This document shows, one piece after another, positions 34,719 through 45,040 of a stretch of 64,000 nt of DNA. The stretch is from Acidimicrobiales bacterium (GTDB lineage: Bacteria; Actinomycetota; Acidimicrobiia; Acidimicrobiales; JBBSGY01): contig JBGAQY010000002.1 in assembly GCA_044220495.1 (NCBI GenBank), forward strand, positions 88,966-152,965, written 5' to 3'. Both the position numbers and the translations under genes were made by a program. Each line of letters starts with the position of its first letter. Positions within the stretch are counted from its first letter, which is position 1. A model generated the notes under the pieces. The model did no database searches, was not told the origin of the DNA, and was given only the letters and a program-made list of their open reading frames with translations.

Positions 34719-37652
34719 TCAGACGCGAGCGATTTCGCGTTCGTCGAAGGTTTCTATTACATCCCCAGGCTTGAGGTCTTGGAAGTCGCTGAGCCCGATA
34801 CCGCACTCGAAGCCCGACTGAACTTCTTTTGCGTCGTCTTTGAAGCGGCGCAGCGAAGTGATGCTGCCCTTCCAAATAACGACACCCTCGCGGAGGAAAC
34901 GCACTTTGGAGCCGCGAGTAATGACGCCGTTGGTCACGTAACAACCAGCAATGGCACCGATCTTTGGCACACGGAAGATCTCGCGCACTTCGGCATCGCC
35001 AGTGACGACTTCTTCGAACTCTGGCGCCAACAAACCGAGCATGGCCTTCTGCATGTCTTCGATAACGCGGTAGATGATTTCGTAGGTGCGGATCTGCACA
35101 CCCTCACGCTCAGCCGACTCACGAGCCTTGCGGTCAGGACGCACATTGAAACCAATAATCGTTGCGCCCGACGCCGATGCAAGATCGACATCAGCCTGCG
35201 TGATTCCACCAACTGAGCGCTGCACGAACGCAACTTTGACCTCGTCGCGTTCGAGCTTGCGCAAGCTTTCGGTGAGCGCTTCGAGTGAACCTTGTACGTC
35301 GGCTCGCAGGATTAGACCAAGCGTTGCCGTCTCGCCGCGTTGAATCTGGTCGAAGAGGTCTTCGAGCTTCGCTCCGCCACCAGCGAGAGCAACGTGTGCG
35401 GTCGTGGTGCGCTGTCCGGCGATGTTGCTGACTCGCGCACGATGATGACGAGTCTCTCCGATCGTGCGCGCGGTGCGCTCGTCGGGCGTTGCTCGCAATT
35501 CATCACCAGCGTTAGGCACATCTGACAAGCCGAGCACCAGCACCGGCATCGACGGAGGTGCTTCTTTGACGTTGTCGCCGTTGTGATCAATGAGCGCACG
35601 AACCTTGCCCCAGGCAGCGCCGGCAACAACAGGATCGCCAACGCGCAACGTGCCGCGCTCAACAACAACGGTCGCCACAGGTCCGCGACCAACATCGAGG
35701 TTGCCTTCGAGAACGAAACCACGAGCACGACCTTCAGGATTGGCGGTCAGCTCTTCGAGGTCGGCAACCAACAACAATTGCTCGAGCAAGTCGTCGATGC
35801 CCGTGTTTTGCAACGCAGACACCGGCACCATGATCGTGTCGCCACCCCACGCCTCAGGCACCAAACCCTCTTCAGAGAGTTGCTGCATGATGCGGTCGGT
35901 GTTGGCGTCAGGACGGTCGATCTTGTTGATAGCTACAACAATCGGAACCTCAGCTGCCTTCGCGTGCGCGATGGCCTCTTTGGTCTGCGGCATAACACCA
36001 TCGTCAGCAGCAACGACGAGTACGACGATGTCGGTTACGTCAGCACCGCGTGCACGCATGGCCGTGAATGCTTCGTGACCTGGCGTGTCAATGAACGTGA
36101 TTTCGCGGTCGTCTTTGACGACTTGGTAAGCACCGATGTGTTGCGTAATACCGCCGGCCTCACCCGACACAACGTTGCTGGAACGGATGCGATCGAGCAA
36201 AGAAGTCTTGCCATGGTCGACGTGACCCATCACCGTGATGACAGGCGGGCGTGGACGTTGCGTTTCTTCGTCATCGTCGTCATCGTCGGCGAAATACTTC
36301 AAAGCCATCTCGGCTTCTTTTTCTTCACCTGGATCAACCAAACGAACGCTCGCGCCGATCTCGGCTGCGAAGAGTTCGATCGCGTCGTCTGACAACGTCA
36401 TCGTCGCCGTCACCATTTCGCCCTGCTGCAACAAGAAGCGGACTACGTCGGCAACAGAACGGTTGAGTTTGGGGGCAAGGTCTTGCGCGGTTGAACCGCG
36501 CTCGACAATGACTTCGCCTTCGGGAACCGGAGCCGTCGACGGAACGTATTGCATGTTCTGGATTGGCTCGAGCTCTTCGATATTGCGCCGACGCTTCTTC
36601 TTGCGTCCGCCCGGGGGTCGACCACGACCACCAAAGCCACCGCCTGGACCAGGACGACCGCCGCCGCCAAAAGCACCACCGGGGCCACCGCCACCAGGAC
36701 CAGGACGACCACCGCCGCCATAGCCACCACCGCCGGGGCCACCTGGACGGCCACCAGGACCACCCATGCCGGGCGCACCAGTGCGCTGACCGCCATAGCC
36801 ACCGCCACCGCCAGCTGGACGGCCGGAAGGAGGACCGCCAGGACGGCCACCACCAGGAGCTGGACGCGCGCCAGCACCACCAGGACCACCGGGACGCTGT
36901 TGGAACGGACGGCCACCCGAACCGGGAGGAGGCGGAATCGGCTTACCACTCATTGAGCGCGGCGGACCGGGAGGAGGCGGAATCGGCTTACCCGAAGCCG
37001 AGCGAGCAGGACGTGGCGGCGGAGGCGGCGGAGTTTTCGCGCCTGGACCGCTCGGACCACTTGAACCACCCGGGCCACCCGCCGGCGCGGGACCACGCCC
37101 CTCAGGACGAGGAGGAGCTGGCGCTGCCTTGTGCGGAGGCGTTGGAGCGGCCGGAGGGCCAGTTGGAGAAGTAGCGGGAGAAGCAGGCGGAGTCGCCTTG
37201 GCCGCCGGCGCCACAGGAGTTTCAGTCGCAGGCGTCGCCGCGGGTGCGGCGGGAGTCGCAGGAGAAGGGGCGGCCGCTGCCGGCCGAGCAGCAGGGCGCG
37301 GCGGGGTTGCCAAGGGTGAATCGCTGGCGGGGCGCGAGCTCTGCGTGCTGCGAACAGTTGACGAGCGACTTACCTCGCCCCCACCCGCTGAGCTCGAAGA
37401 CGCACCAGTAGAGGGCGCGGCGGCAGTCTTCTTGGCGGCAGCTTTCTTGGCAGGCGCAGGCTCTTCGGGGGCGACCTCTCGCCGCATGCCTTCTTGGTCG
37501 GCCTTTCGGCGAACACGGTCTGCCTGTGCGTCTTCAATGCTCGACGACGGGCTCTTGACCCCAATACCGAGCGCGATCGCGACATCGAGAGCCTCTTTGC
37601 TCGTGAGGCCCAGCTCACGAGCGAGCTCGTATACGCGAATCTTCTTTGCCAA
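34719..37652 (-). CDS. infB: Translation initiation factor IF-2
   Basis: The GTPase domain has GHVDHGKTSLLD, DTPGHEAF and NKID, preceded by a long P/G/A-rich N-terminus. I prefer the TTG at 37652, which gives MAKKIRVYELARELG with GAAGGGG 9 nt upstream, over the track start at 37661. Confidence 0.97.
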   Translation of the reverse strand: MAKKIRVYELARELGLTSKEALDVAIALGIGVKSPSSSIEDAQADRVRRKADQEGMRREVAPEEPAPAKKAAAKKTAAAPSTGASSSSAGGGEVSRSSTVRSTQSSRPASDSPLATPPRPAARPAAAAPSPATPAAPAATPATETPVAPAAKATPPASPATSPTGPPAAPTPPHKAAPAPPRPEGRGPAPAGGPGGSSGPSGPGAKTPPPPPPRPARSASGKPIPPPPGPPRSMSGKPIPPPPGSGGRPFQQRPGGPGGAGARPAPGGGRPGGPPSGRPAGGGGGYGGQRTGAPGMGGPGGRPGGPGGGGYGGGGRPGPGGGGPGGAFGGGGRPGPGGGFGGRGRPPGGRKKKRRRNIEELEPIQNMQYVPSTAPVPEGEVIVERGSTAQDLAPKLNRSVADVVRFLLQQGEMVTATMTLSDDAIELFAAEIGASVRLVDPGEEKEAEMALKYFADDDDDDEETQRPRPPVITVMGHVDHGKTSLLDRIRSSNVVSGEAGGITQHIGAYQVVKDDREITFIDTPGHEAFTAMRARGADVTDIVVLVVAADDGVMPQTKEAIAHAKAAEVPIVVAINKIDRPDANTDRIMQQLSEEGLVPEAWGGDTIMVPVSALQNTGIDDLLEQLLLVADLEELTANPEGRARGFVLEGNLDVGRGPVATVVVERGTLRVGDPVVAGAAWGKVRALIDHNGDNVKEAPPSMPVLVLGLSDVPNAGDELRATPDERTARTIGETRHHRARVSNIAGQRTTTAHVALAGGGAKLEDLFDQIQRGETATLGLILRADVQGSLEALTESLRKLERDEVKVAFVQRSVGGITQADVDLASASGATIIGFNVRPDRKARESAEREGVQIRTYEIIYRVIEDMQKAMLGLLAPEFEEVVTGDAEVREIFRVPKIGAIAGCYVTNGVITRGSKVRFLREGVVIWKGSITSLRRFKDDAKEVQSGFECGIGLSDFQDLKPGDVIETFDEREIARV

Positions 37653-37790
37653 GTCTTGCAACCCCTTCAGCGGCTCTCGCCTTTAAAAAAACAAACGGTG
37701 CCAGGCACCAGGACGCGTTGGCCAATGGCCACGGCCCGAGCCATCTTCCCACATCCCTGGTCAGCCCGGGCACTAACGCATTTGCGCTGG

Positions 37791-38060
37791 TTACAACAGC
37801 AAATGCAGGCGGTCGAATTCCCCATCATCGATCGACATCCGCAGTGCACGCGCCAACGACCGAGTTTTGGCGCACCGGTCGAGGCATTCGTGCGAAGCAC
37901 GACACAGCCACGCTCCCCGCCCATTCGATGGACCGTCGAGCGCTAGTGCGCCATCACGATCACCCTCGCCCGATCTGCAGATTCGCACCAGCTCGGTCGC
38001 CGGACGCAAAGACCGACAACCAACACACGTGCGCTGAGAAACGTGTCGAACGCGCGCTAT
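37791..38060 (-). CDS. ylxR: YlxR/DUF448 family RNA-binding protein (start codon unresolved)
   Basis: The track ORF (37791-38009) has GRGAWLC...C...A.K...LARAL. Extending upstream in frame gives ...[20 protein letters not shown], which is the hallmark RxCxGCR motif (nt 38013-38033). That motif lies upstream of the first canonical start codon. Confidence 0.75.
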   Translation of the reverse strand: MARVRHVSQRTCVGCRSLRPATELVRICRSGEGDRDGALALDGPSNGRGAWLCRASHECLDRCAKTRSLARALRMSIDDGEFDRLHLLL

Positions 38061-39305
38061 TTACTTCTCCTCAGCGCCGACCTCAGCCGGCTCATCGGTG
38101 GAAACGACGTCGTCATCAGCAGGCGCGGCGTCAGCAGCCTCGGCGTCGGCCGGAGCATCACTCGCGGCTGCATCGGTGGCTGCGTCAGCGTCTTCGGGTG
38201 TGCCGGTCTGCCACTCTTCGGCGGAGATTGCGTCGCCGCCGTCGGCTGGCTTCCACACCATCTCGCCGTTTTCGTCTTCGACCCACTCGCCTTCGGCCCA
38301 CTCGACACCGATGCCGGCTTCTTCGTCAGCGACCATTTGCTCACTCTTGATGTCGATGCGCCACCCGGTGAGGCGCGCAGCAAGACGCGCGTTCTGCCCT
38401 TCTTTACCAATGGCCGAGCTAAGTGAGAAGTCGTTGACAATCACAGTCGCCGTGCCGGTCTCTTCATCGAGGCGAACCTCTTTGGGCTTGGCCGGTGCCA
38501 TTGCTTCGCGCACGTAGTCGACGGGGTCGTCACGGAAGTAAACGATGTCGATCTTCTCGCCGTGCAACTCATTGCTGACCATGCGAACACGAGCTCCGCG
38601 CGCTCCGATGCAAGCACCGGCCGGATCAACATTGGAGTCGTTCGACCACACCGCCATCTTCGTGCGGTAGCCAGGTTCGCGCGCAATGGCTTTGATCTCG
38701 ACAACACCTGATTCGATTTCAGGCACTTCGAGTTGGAACAAACGCTTGAGCAAGCTCGGATGCGTGCGACTCACGATGATCTGCGGACCTTTAGCGGTCT
38801 TGCGAACCTCGACGATGTAAGCCTTGAGGCGGTCGCCGTTCTTGTAAATCTCGTGCGGAACTTGCTCAGCCTTGGGCAAAAGCGCTTCGACTTTGCCAAG
38901 GTCGAGCAGCGTGTAACGACCGTCGCTTTGCTGGACAATGCCCGTAACGATGTCGCCCTCGCGGCCCGCATAGTCTTTGTAGGACTGCTCGCGCACAAAG
39001 TCTTGAATCGATTGGAAGATGACTTGCTTCGCTTTTTGTGCAGCGATACGACCGAAGTCGGCAGGAGTGTCATCCCACTCGCGGATGACATTGCCGTCGT
39101 CATCGAGTTCTTGACCGATGACCCGAATTTCACCCGACACTTTGTCGATTTCAACAAGTGCCTCTTCAGCTGATGTCGGCATGCGCTTGTACGCGGTGAG
39201 AAGCGCGTTGGCCAGCGCGTCTAAGAGCACGTCGATCGAAACGCCCTTCTCGCGTCCCAAGTTCTCGAGTGCCTCGATGAAAGCCGGATTTGCGTTTGTC
39301 GTCAT
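38061..39305 (-). CDS. nusA: Transcription termination/antitermination factor NusA
   Basis: Has an S1 domain ([21 protein letters not shown]) and KH domains ([37 protein letters not shown]), followed by an acidic C-terminal tail. Confidence 0.97.
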   Translation of the reverse strand: MTTNANPAFIEALENLGREKGVSIDVLLDALANALLTAYKRMPTSAEEALVEIDKVSGEIRVIGQELDDDGNVIREWDDTPADFGRIAAQKAKQVIFQSIQDFVREQSYKDYAGREGDIVTGIVQQSDGRYTLLDLGKVEALLPKAEQVPHEIYKNGDRLKAYIVEVRKTAKGPQIIVSRTHPSLLKRLFQLEVPEIESGVVEIKAIAREPGYRTKMAVWSNDSNVDPAGACIGARGARVRMVSNELHGEKIDIVYFRDDPVDYVREAMAPAKPKEVRLDEETGTATVIVNDFSLSSAIGKEGQNARLAARLTGWRIDIKSEQMVADEEAGIGVEWAEGEWVEDENGEMVWKPADGGDAISAEEWQTGTPEDADAATDAAASDAPADAEAADAAPADDDVVSTDEPAEVGAEEK

Positions 39306-39880
39306 CGGTTAGAGGCCTCTTTTTTAGTTGTAGTAGATGAGTCGTTCTTCGCAGCCTTGCCAGGCACATTGCCAGACAAGGACTTTTTGCGCGAACGCTT
39401 TGGTTCGGGTTGCGTCTGCTCGCCCCAGTGGAACACCGTGCGTGCTGCCTCGATGTCGGTGTACGCCAACCGGCGCGTCGTCGGATCGCTGTCGTTTGTC
39501 GCAACAGAAATGTCAATGCCACTGTCGTCAGCACCATCGAGTCGCGCTTCAAATCGTCGCGGTCCATCAACACCTGCTGCGACTTTGAGATTGACCTGCT
39601 CGCCGAGCTGCGCCTTGTAGTGCTCAGGCAAGCGCAGCTTGCGCTCAATGCCCGGGCTGCTGACTTCAAGCAGGTAGCGCGAATCGGGAAGCGGATCGTC
39701 TTCGTCGAGTGCTGTCGAAATGTCTTTCGACAGGTCGCCAACGGTGTCGACGTCGATGCCGCCAGGGCGGTCGACCATGATGCGCAGGATGCCTGACTCG
39801 TGCTCAACGTCATAGAGCTCGACACCAAAAGAGGCGACGATGGGCTCGACCAACGCACGTACTCGCTCGACTGCTTGCAT
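39302..39880 (-). CDS. rimP: Ribosome maturation factor RimP
   Basis: Contains LVEPIVASFGVELYDVE...LRIMVDRPGGIDVD and LEVSSPGIERKL. The ATG at 39880 lies 7 nt downstream of GGGAGGTG. The track start is the GTG at 39883. Confidence 0.9.
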   Translation of the reverse strand: MQAVERVRALVEPIVASFGVELYDVEHESGILRIMVDRPGGIDVDTVGDLSKDISTALDEDDPLPDSRYLLEVSSPGIERKLRLPEHYKAQLGEQVNLKVAAGVDGPRRFEARLDGADDSGIDISVATNDSDPTTRRLAYTDIEAARTVFHWGEQTQPEPKRSRKKSLSGNVPGKAAKNDSSTTTKKEASNR

Positions 39881-39950
39881 CACCGCTCACCTCCCGTTAG
39901 ATCTCGACGCTCCTCTTCGTTGAGCTCAGGCCCAGGTCAGCAAGGCCGGA

Positions 39951-39980
39951 ACAAAGAAAAACGTGGGCGAATTGCCCACG
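39951..39980 (-). terminator. Rho-independent terminator after the 748-aa gene, upstream of the rimP-nusA operon
   Basis: The minus strand reads cgtgggc-aattc-gcccacg followed by tttttctttgtt. Stem at 39962-39980, T-tract at 39951-39961. Confidence 0.6.
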
Positions 39981-40055
39981 CATCCAGCTAACTTATTGGA
40001 CCGCAGTACAGCATACCGCTAACTGCAGATTGAGCTCTGCGAGAGAGAACTTACC

Positions 40056-42302
40056 TCAGACGAGCAGGCCCCACTGGACCTGTGCCTGCGTAATTAGCGT
40101 CGACAGACTCGACGGTTGGTCGCCCGAGCCGGCCGCCGGGGTCAAGGTGAGTGTCATGACTCGGTTTTCGCGAGCGGCTCGAGCCACCCACGTCTTCGTT
40201 CCTGAAATCGGCTGGACAGAACCGACCGAGCCTGGAACCTGAGTCACATCGAAGGTCGATGTTGCTTGGTCTTGTTCCTTGTGAAGTTGCACGTAGTTGG
40301 TGGCGCAGACGGCAGCGGGAAATTCGTAGATCGAAACCGTGATCTTCGCTCCGCTTGGACCCTCGTAAGCACGGCTGTAGCCACGCAGGTAACGAGACTG
40401 GTCAAGAACTGAGAGTGCCGTTGCTGCGTTTGACTCTGACTTCAGGGCCTTGGCGAAGTCGACAACACCGGTTTGCGCGCTCACGTCAGGCATGACTTGC
40501 CATTGCGGCCAGGCGGGCATGAATTTGCGCTCGAGTGTGGCCGCTTTGTTCCATTTTGCTGAGGTCGACTTGGCTTCGGCGCAGGTCTTCGGTTCTGCCT
40601 GTCCGTCACCGGGTGCAGCAGCAACACGATCAAACACGTCGTGACCAACAACCGAAAGCAGCGCAATGACAACGAGGGCCGCGACAATCGCAATGAGGCG
40701 CGATCGGCTTTGGCTACCGTCGCCGCTTCCGCCACTTTTGCGTCGTGGTGCCGGACGACCAACGTCAGGATCGCGATTCGAATGACGGTCTGACCAGTCG
40801 TCGTCTTCATCCGCCAAGTCGACTTGCCAATCAGTATCTTCGACTTCATGTTCTTCGGGCTCGTCGACATCAGCGTCGTCGTTGAACAAATGTGCAACCG
40901 ACTCAGCCGGACTCATTACCGCCGCTGACGGCTCATCATCTTTGGGCGCCAAGGCAGTGAAGTCGAAGGGCGTCGAACCCGAACCCAACCACCACGGTGG
41001 CGAAGCGTCATTCTGGCCTGACAATGCGCGAACTGAAGATACGCCCGATTGCGGCTGACTTTGATTGAACCACGAAGGGTCTTCGTCCTCGACGAAGTCG
41101 TCTCGCTCGACAAAGTTGTCTTCCTCGTCAACTTCATGCGAGTACGGAGCGTCGAACGATGCAAACGCTTGCGCCGCAGGCTCCTCATATTCGACGTGCC
41201 CGTTGTTCTCGTGCGGTTCGTCGAAGACGTCAGGTGTCGGCTCATCGTTGGTCGACGCAGCGGAGAACCAGGTGTCGTCTGCGTATTGTGCCGGGACATC
41301 AGCCGACTCGCCTTGCACTGCCGGAATCGACCACGGTGACGGGAACATCGCGTCGAAGTCAAAAACCTCTTCATTGTTGACAGCCGGAGCTGCCTCGACA
41401 GCCTCGGCTACCTGAGCCGCCTGAGCAGCCTCGTCAGCAATTCGCTGCTGTTCGGCCAGCTCTGCAGCGCGCGCCTGTTCTGCGCGCTCGCGTTCTACAC
41501 GTTCGGCTTCGACACGTTCGGCTTCTGCGCGCTCGGCTGCTGCGCGTTCGGCTTCCGCACGTTCGTGTTCGAGACGTTCGCGCTCGAGACGCTCGTGTTC
41601 GGCTTGCTCTAGAGCTACGCGCTCGGCTTCCGCTCGCTCAAAGGCAAGGCGCTCAGCCTCGATACGCGCTTGTTCCGCACGTTCGGCCTCAAGTCTTGCG
41701 ACTTCGGCGCGCTCATTCTCTGCGCGCTCGCGTTCGGCGCGCTCAAACTCTGCACGCTCAAACTCTGCACGCTCGCGTTCGATGCGTTCTGTTTCCAGAC
41801 GCTCGCGCTCGATACGTTCTGCAGCTAGGCGTTGCTGCTCGACGCGCTCAGCAATGATGCGTTCTTGTTCCAAACGCTCGTGTTCGGCGCGTTCACGAGC
41901 AAGGCGTTCGTCCTCGATACGACGCTCTTGCGCGCGACGTTCGACCACGCGACGTTCCTCTTGTTCGCGTGCTTCGATCTCAGCAAGCTCTTCGGGCGAT
42001 TCACGGAATCGGTGTCCGGCCGGCGCAGGTGCCGACGGAGCCGTTGCGTATTGCTGGGGGGCGGGAGGGTCTTCGCGAAAGCGCGATCCGCCAGCAGGTT
42101 TTTCCTCTACGGCAGCATCAGACCGAAAACGCGATCCGCTAGCACTGGCGACTTCATGCGCTTTGGTTTTGGCAGCGTCGAGCGAGGTGACGCGATCGCA
42201 GGCAAGGCAAGGTAGCCCCTCAACGATATTTCGTTGCCCGCATTCGCAGATCCAGGCCATGCGCCATTCCTCTTGTGCCGATAGGTCGGAGCCGTACGTC
42301 AA
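40056..42302 (-). CDS. Membrane-anchored protein: N-terminal zinc ribbon, three SRFR-type motifs, an E/R/A repeat region of about 200 aa, an acidic disordered region, one TM, and a C-terminal extracytoplasmic domain
   Basis: The zinc ribbon is [20 protein letters not shown]. Three motifs follow: GSRFRSD, GSRFRED, GHRFRES. The repeats run [36 protein letters not shown].... The TM is [18 protein letters not shown]. The start is either TTG 42302 or ATG 42260 (MAWICECG). Confidence 0.6.
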   Translation of the reverse strand: MTYGSDLSAQEEWRMAWICECGQRNIVEGLPCLACDRVTSLDAAKTKAHEVASASGSRFRSDAAVEEKPAGGSRFREDPPAPQQYATAPSAPAPAGHRFRESPEELAEIEAREQEERRVVERRAQERRIEDERLARERAEHERLEQERIIAERVEQQRLAAERIERERLETERIERERAEFERAEFERAERERAENERAEVARLEAERAEQARIEAERLAFERAEAERVALEQAEHERLERERLEHERAEAERAAAERAEAERVEAERVERERAEQARAAELAEQQRIADEAAQAAQVAEAVEAAPAVNNEEVFDFDAMFPSPWSIPAVQGESADVPAQYADDTWFSAASTNDEPTPDVFDEPHENNGHVEYEEPAAQAFASFDAPYSHEVDEEDNFVERDDFVEDEDPSWFNQSQPQSGVSSVRALSGQNDASPPWWLGSGSTPFDFTALAPKDDEPSAAVMSPAESVAHLFNDDADVDEPEEHEVEDTDWQVDLADEDDDWSDRHSNRDPDVGRPAPRRKSGGSGDGSQSRSRLIAIVAALVVIALLSVVGHDVFDRVAAAPGDGQAEPKTCAEAKSTSAKWNKAATLERKFMPAWPQWQVMPDVSAQTGVVDFAKALKSESNAATALSVLDQSRYLRGYSRAYEGPSGAKITVSIYEFPAAVCATNYVQLHKEQDQATSTFDVTQVPGSVGSVQPISGTKTWVARAARENRVMTLTLTPAAGSGDQPSSLSTLITQAQVQWGLLV

Positions 42303-42367
42303 TGTGACTAAACAGCAAACGTCTCCTGGCGTTTATCGGCGCCAATCGGAATGATCTGTGCGAAAGA

Positions 42368-43591
42368 TCAGGAAAAACCGTTGACGGTCTTGCGGATGTC
42401 GTCGATGCGCTCACCGGCATGGTTGGCATCGGCGCCTTTTTCTCCCAAAAGCGCGTTTCGGTCTTTTTCGGCCTCTTCGGCAGCTCGCTGATCCGCGGCG
42501 GCCAAGCGGGCCTCAACACCCTCTTCGACCAGGCGTTCTGCCTCTTCCACAAGAGCCGACACCATTTCGTCTTCGGGAACGACCCGCACGACTTTGCCCT
42601 TCACGAACAAGTGACCCCGGCCGCGGCCAGCAGCAATGCCCAAGTCGGCTTCACGAGCCTCGCCCGGACCGTTGACCACACAGCCCATGACAGCCACCTG
42701 AATATTCAGACTGCGCTCTTCGAGGGCAGCTTGTGCATCTTTGGCGACCTTGATCACGTCGATCTCAGCCCGGCCGCAACTCGGACAAGCAATGAGGTCG
42801 AGCCCGGTGCGCTCACGCAGCCCCAGCGCTTCAAGCAGCTGGCGCCCAGCGCGCGCTTCTTCAACGGGGTCGGCCGTGAGTGAGTAACGCAACGTGTCGC
42901 CAATGCCCTCAGACAGAAGCGTTGCTATGCCCGCGGTGCACTTGATGAGACCGGCCGGCGGTGGCCCCGCTTCGGTGACTCCGAGGTGGAGCGGATAGTC
43001 GACTGTGTCGGCAAGTAGACGATAGGCGTCGATCATCAATGCAACGTTGGAAGCCTTCACTGAAATCTTCACGTCGTCGAAGTCGACTTCATGGAAGTAA
43101 TTGAGCTCGCGTTTTACTGACTCAACCAACGCCTCTGGCGTTGCACCGCCGTACTTGTCGTAGAGCTCGGGATCGAGCGACCCACCATTGACACCTATGC
43201 GAATGGGCACTCCACGATCTTTTGCCTCGCGCGCAACCGCCTTGATGTGTTCAGGCCGACGGATGTTGCCGGGGTTCAAGCGCAAACAGGCAACGCCAGC
43301 TTCAAGAGCAGCCAGGCCCATCTTGTATTGGTTGTGAACGTCAGCAACGATCGGCACTGGCGAACGCGGAACAATCTGCGCCAAACCTTCGGCCGCCTCT
43401 ATTTCATTACACGTGCAACGAACAAGGTCGGCACCGGCGCCAAAGAGCGCGTAGATCTGCGCAATGGTTCCCTCGACGTCTGCCGTCTTCGTGGTCGTCA
43501 TTGACTGGACGCTGATTGGAGCGTCACCACCGACGGGCACCTTGCCCACCATGACCTGGCGAGTGCGGCGTCTTTGGAAGGGCTGAGTCAA
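42368..43591 (-). CDS. ispG: 4-hydroxy-3-methylbut-2-en-1-yl diphosphate synthase (flavodoxin)
   Basis: 407 aa. Contains QSMTTTKTADVEGT, IACPSCGRAEIDV and VMGCVVNGPGEA, the last two being Fe-S Cys motifs. Confidence 0.95.
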   Translation of the reverse strand: MTQPFQRRRTRQVMVGKVPVGGDAPISVQSMTTTKTADVEGTIAQIYALFGAGADLVRCTCNEIEAAEGLAQIVPRSPVPIVADVHNQYKMGLAALEAGVACLRLNPGNIRRPEHIKAVAREAKDRGVPIRIGVNGGSLDPELYDKYGGATPEALVESVKRELNYFHEVDFDDVKISVKASNVALMIDAYRLLADTVDYPLHLGVTEAGPPPAGLIKCTAGIATLLSEGIGDTLRYSLTADPVEEARAGRQLLEALGLRERTGLDLIACPSCGRAEIDVIKVAKDAQAALEERSLNIQVAVMGCVVNGPGEAREADLGIAAGRGRGHLFVKGKVVRVVPEDEMVSALVEEAERLVEEGVEARLAAADQRAAEEAEKDRNALLGEKGADANHAGERIDDIRKTVNGFS

Positions 43592-43633
43592 TGGAGTCGG
43601 CTTTCGAGTGATGACCTTGCTATGCCTAACAAC

Positions 43634-45040
43634 CTATTGGAAAGGGTTGGCTAGTGGATCCAAAATATCGAGCCACAACGCCGAAAGACCCACAACCACC
43701 AGGATGAACAACACGGCGTAGCTCACTGGCAACAACTTGGCGAAGTCGACCATGTGCTGCTTGCCCTTACGAGACCGAATTCGCTCATAGGTAGCAACGG
43801 CCACATGTCCGCCGTCAAAAGGCAGCAACGGAACCATGTTGAAGATGCCGACGAACAAGTTGATGCTGAACAGCAAAGCCAGCACCGGACGAATGCCAGA
43901 GTCAGCTGCGTGGTTCGCAAAGTTCACCAAGCCAACGGGCGAAACCAAGCGATTGTCGTCTTGTTGAGCAGAAGCGGGAACTGGTTGATTGGTTGCTTCG
44001 GCTTGCTGAACCGCTTCTTTGCGCTCTTCTTGAGCACCGGGCGCATCGACTACTTGTTCAAACCAGTTCGAGATGCCAGACGGCGAGAAGCGTTGACCCA
44101 ACAACTGCAACACTTGCCACGAATCGGTGCCCATCTGTTTGGTTGATGTCGTAAGTGCTTCGACGAAACCAACGGTTTGGTAATCAACCTTGGGACCAAC
44201 ACCAATGAAGCCGGTGCCCGATCCCGACAACTTGGTGCCATCGGGCAAAACAACGGTGGAACGGTCGATTGGCGTCACTGACAAGTCAACGCGTTGGCCG
44301 TTGCGCTCGACGGTGATCGGAATGGCAACACCGACCTTGCTTGCAAACGCAGCCGAAACGTCATCCCACTTGTCGATACTTGTGCCGTCAACACTGATGA
44401 TCTTGTCGCCTGCTTGAAGACCGGCGATCTCTGCGGGCCCACTACCCGCCTGCAACTTCGGCAACGTACCAACGGTCGTTGTCGGGCCAGCCAAACCAAC
44501 AAAGCCGTATAGCGCAATCAAAATCGCGAACGCCATAACGAAGTGCATGAACGAACCGGCAACAGCAACAAGTAAACGGTGACGGTAAGGCTGACGTCGG
44601 TAAGTGCGAGGCTCGTCTTCGGGATCAACCTCTTCGAGGTTGTTCATGCCGATGATCTTCACGTAACCACCGGCGGGAATTGCTTTGATGCCGTATTCGG
44701 TTTCACCGCGCTTGATCGACCAAACGCGCGGACCAAATCCAAGGAAGTATTCGGTCACTTTCATGCCCGACCACTTCGCGGTCGCGAAGTGTCCGAGCTC
44801 GTGGATCATGATCATCAACACCACGCACAACACAACAAGCACGGTGTTAGTCGTGCCGGTTGCGACGGCGGCGGCAAAGCCAGCGAAGACGACAGCCAAC
44901 AGACGAACTACTTCGCCAACATTGCCTTCGGCTTCGGCAGTCTCTTTCGTGATGATTTCGTTCTTGCCGCTTGACTCGGTTTCGGTCGGGGAAGTTGGTT
45001 CGACAGACGAGCTGTCGGGGGTGTCGCTGCTCTCGGTCAT
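43634..45040 (-). CDS. rseP: M50 family site-2 protease (RseP/Rip1-like) with a PDZ domain
   Basis: HELGHFATAK gives the HExxH motif and NMVPLLPFDGGH gives the NxxPxxxLDG-type motif. A PDZ-like segment (AGLQAGDKIISVDG) lies between them. Confidence 0.9.
   Translation of the reverse strand: MTESSDTPDSSSVEPTSPTETESSGKNEIITKETAEAEGNVGEVVRLLAVVFAGFAAAVATGTTNTVLVVLCVVLMIMIHELGHFATAKWSGMKVTEYFLGFGPRVWSIKRGETEYGIKAIPAGGYVKIIGMNNLEEVDPEDEPRTYRRQPYRHRLLVAVAGSFMHFVMAFAILIALYGFVGLAGPTTTVGTLPKLQAGSGPAEIAGLQAGDKIISVDGTSIDKWDDVSAAFASKVGVAIPITVERNGQRVDLSVTPIDRSTVVLPDGTKLSGSGTGFIGVGPKVDYQTVGFVEALTTSTKQMGTDSWQVLQLLGQRFSPSGISNWFEQVVDAPGAQEERKEAVQQAEATNQPVPASAQQDDNRLVSPVGLVNFANHAADSGIRPVLALLFSINLFVGIFNMVPLLPFDGGHVAVATYERIRSRKGKQHMVDFAKLLPVSYAVLFILVVVGLSALWLDILDPLANPFQ

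Noticed and set aside
34432-34944. Small ORFs inside the 34.4-34.9 kb repeat block (34432-34665, 34451-34774, 34636-34944)
   Set aside because: They lie across duplicated and palindromic DNA and overlap the infB 3' end. They have no SD, no motifs, and an Arg/Gly-rich composition typical of out-of-frame GC-rich sequence.
35583-36392. Other long antisense or shadow ORFs. Examples: 449-1192 (+), 5097-5837 (+), 35583-36392 (+), 37646-38350 (+), 44971-45771 (+), 49540-50340 (+), 53343-54134 (+), 30571-31332 (-), 13265-13831 (-), 19666-20355 (+)
   Set aside because: Each overlaps a confidently identified gene on the other strand or in another frame (thrB, ftsK, infB, nusA/ylxR, rseP/dxr, rpsB, dprA, HK/DUF347, the T7SS ATPase, pnp). 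Their products are low-complexity Arg/Ala/Ser/Pro-rich sequences without recognisable domains.
36921-36993. A direct 24-nt repeat (ggaggaggcggaatcggcttacc, twice) inside infB
   Set aside because: It simply encodes the duplicated peptide SGKPIPPPPGP in the low-complexity N-terminal region of IF-2. This is ordinary coding-repeat variation and not a separate element.
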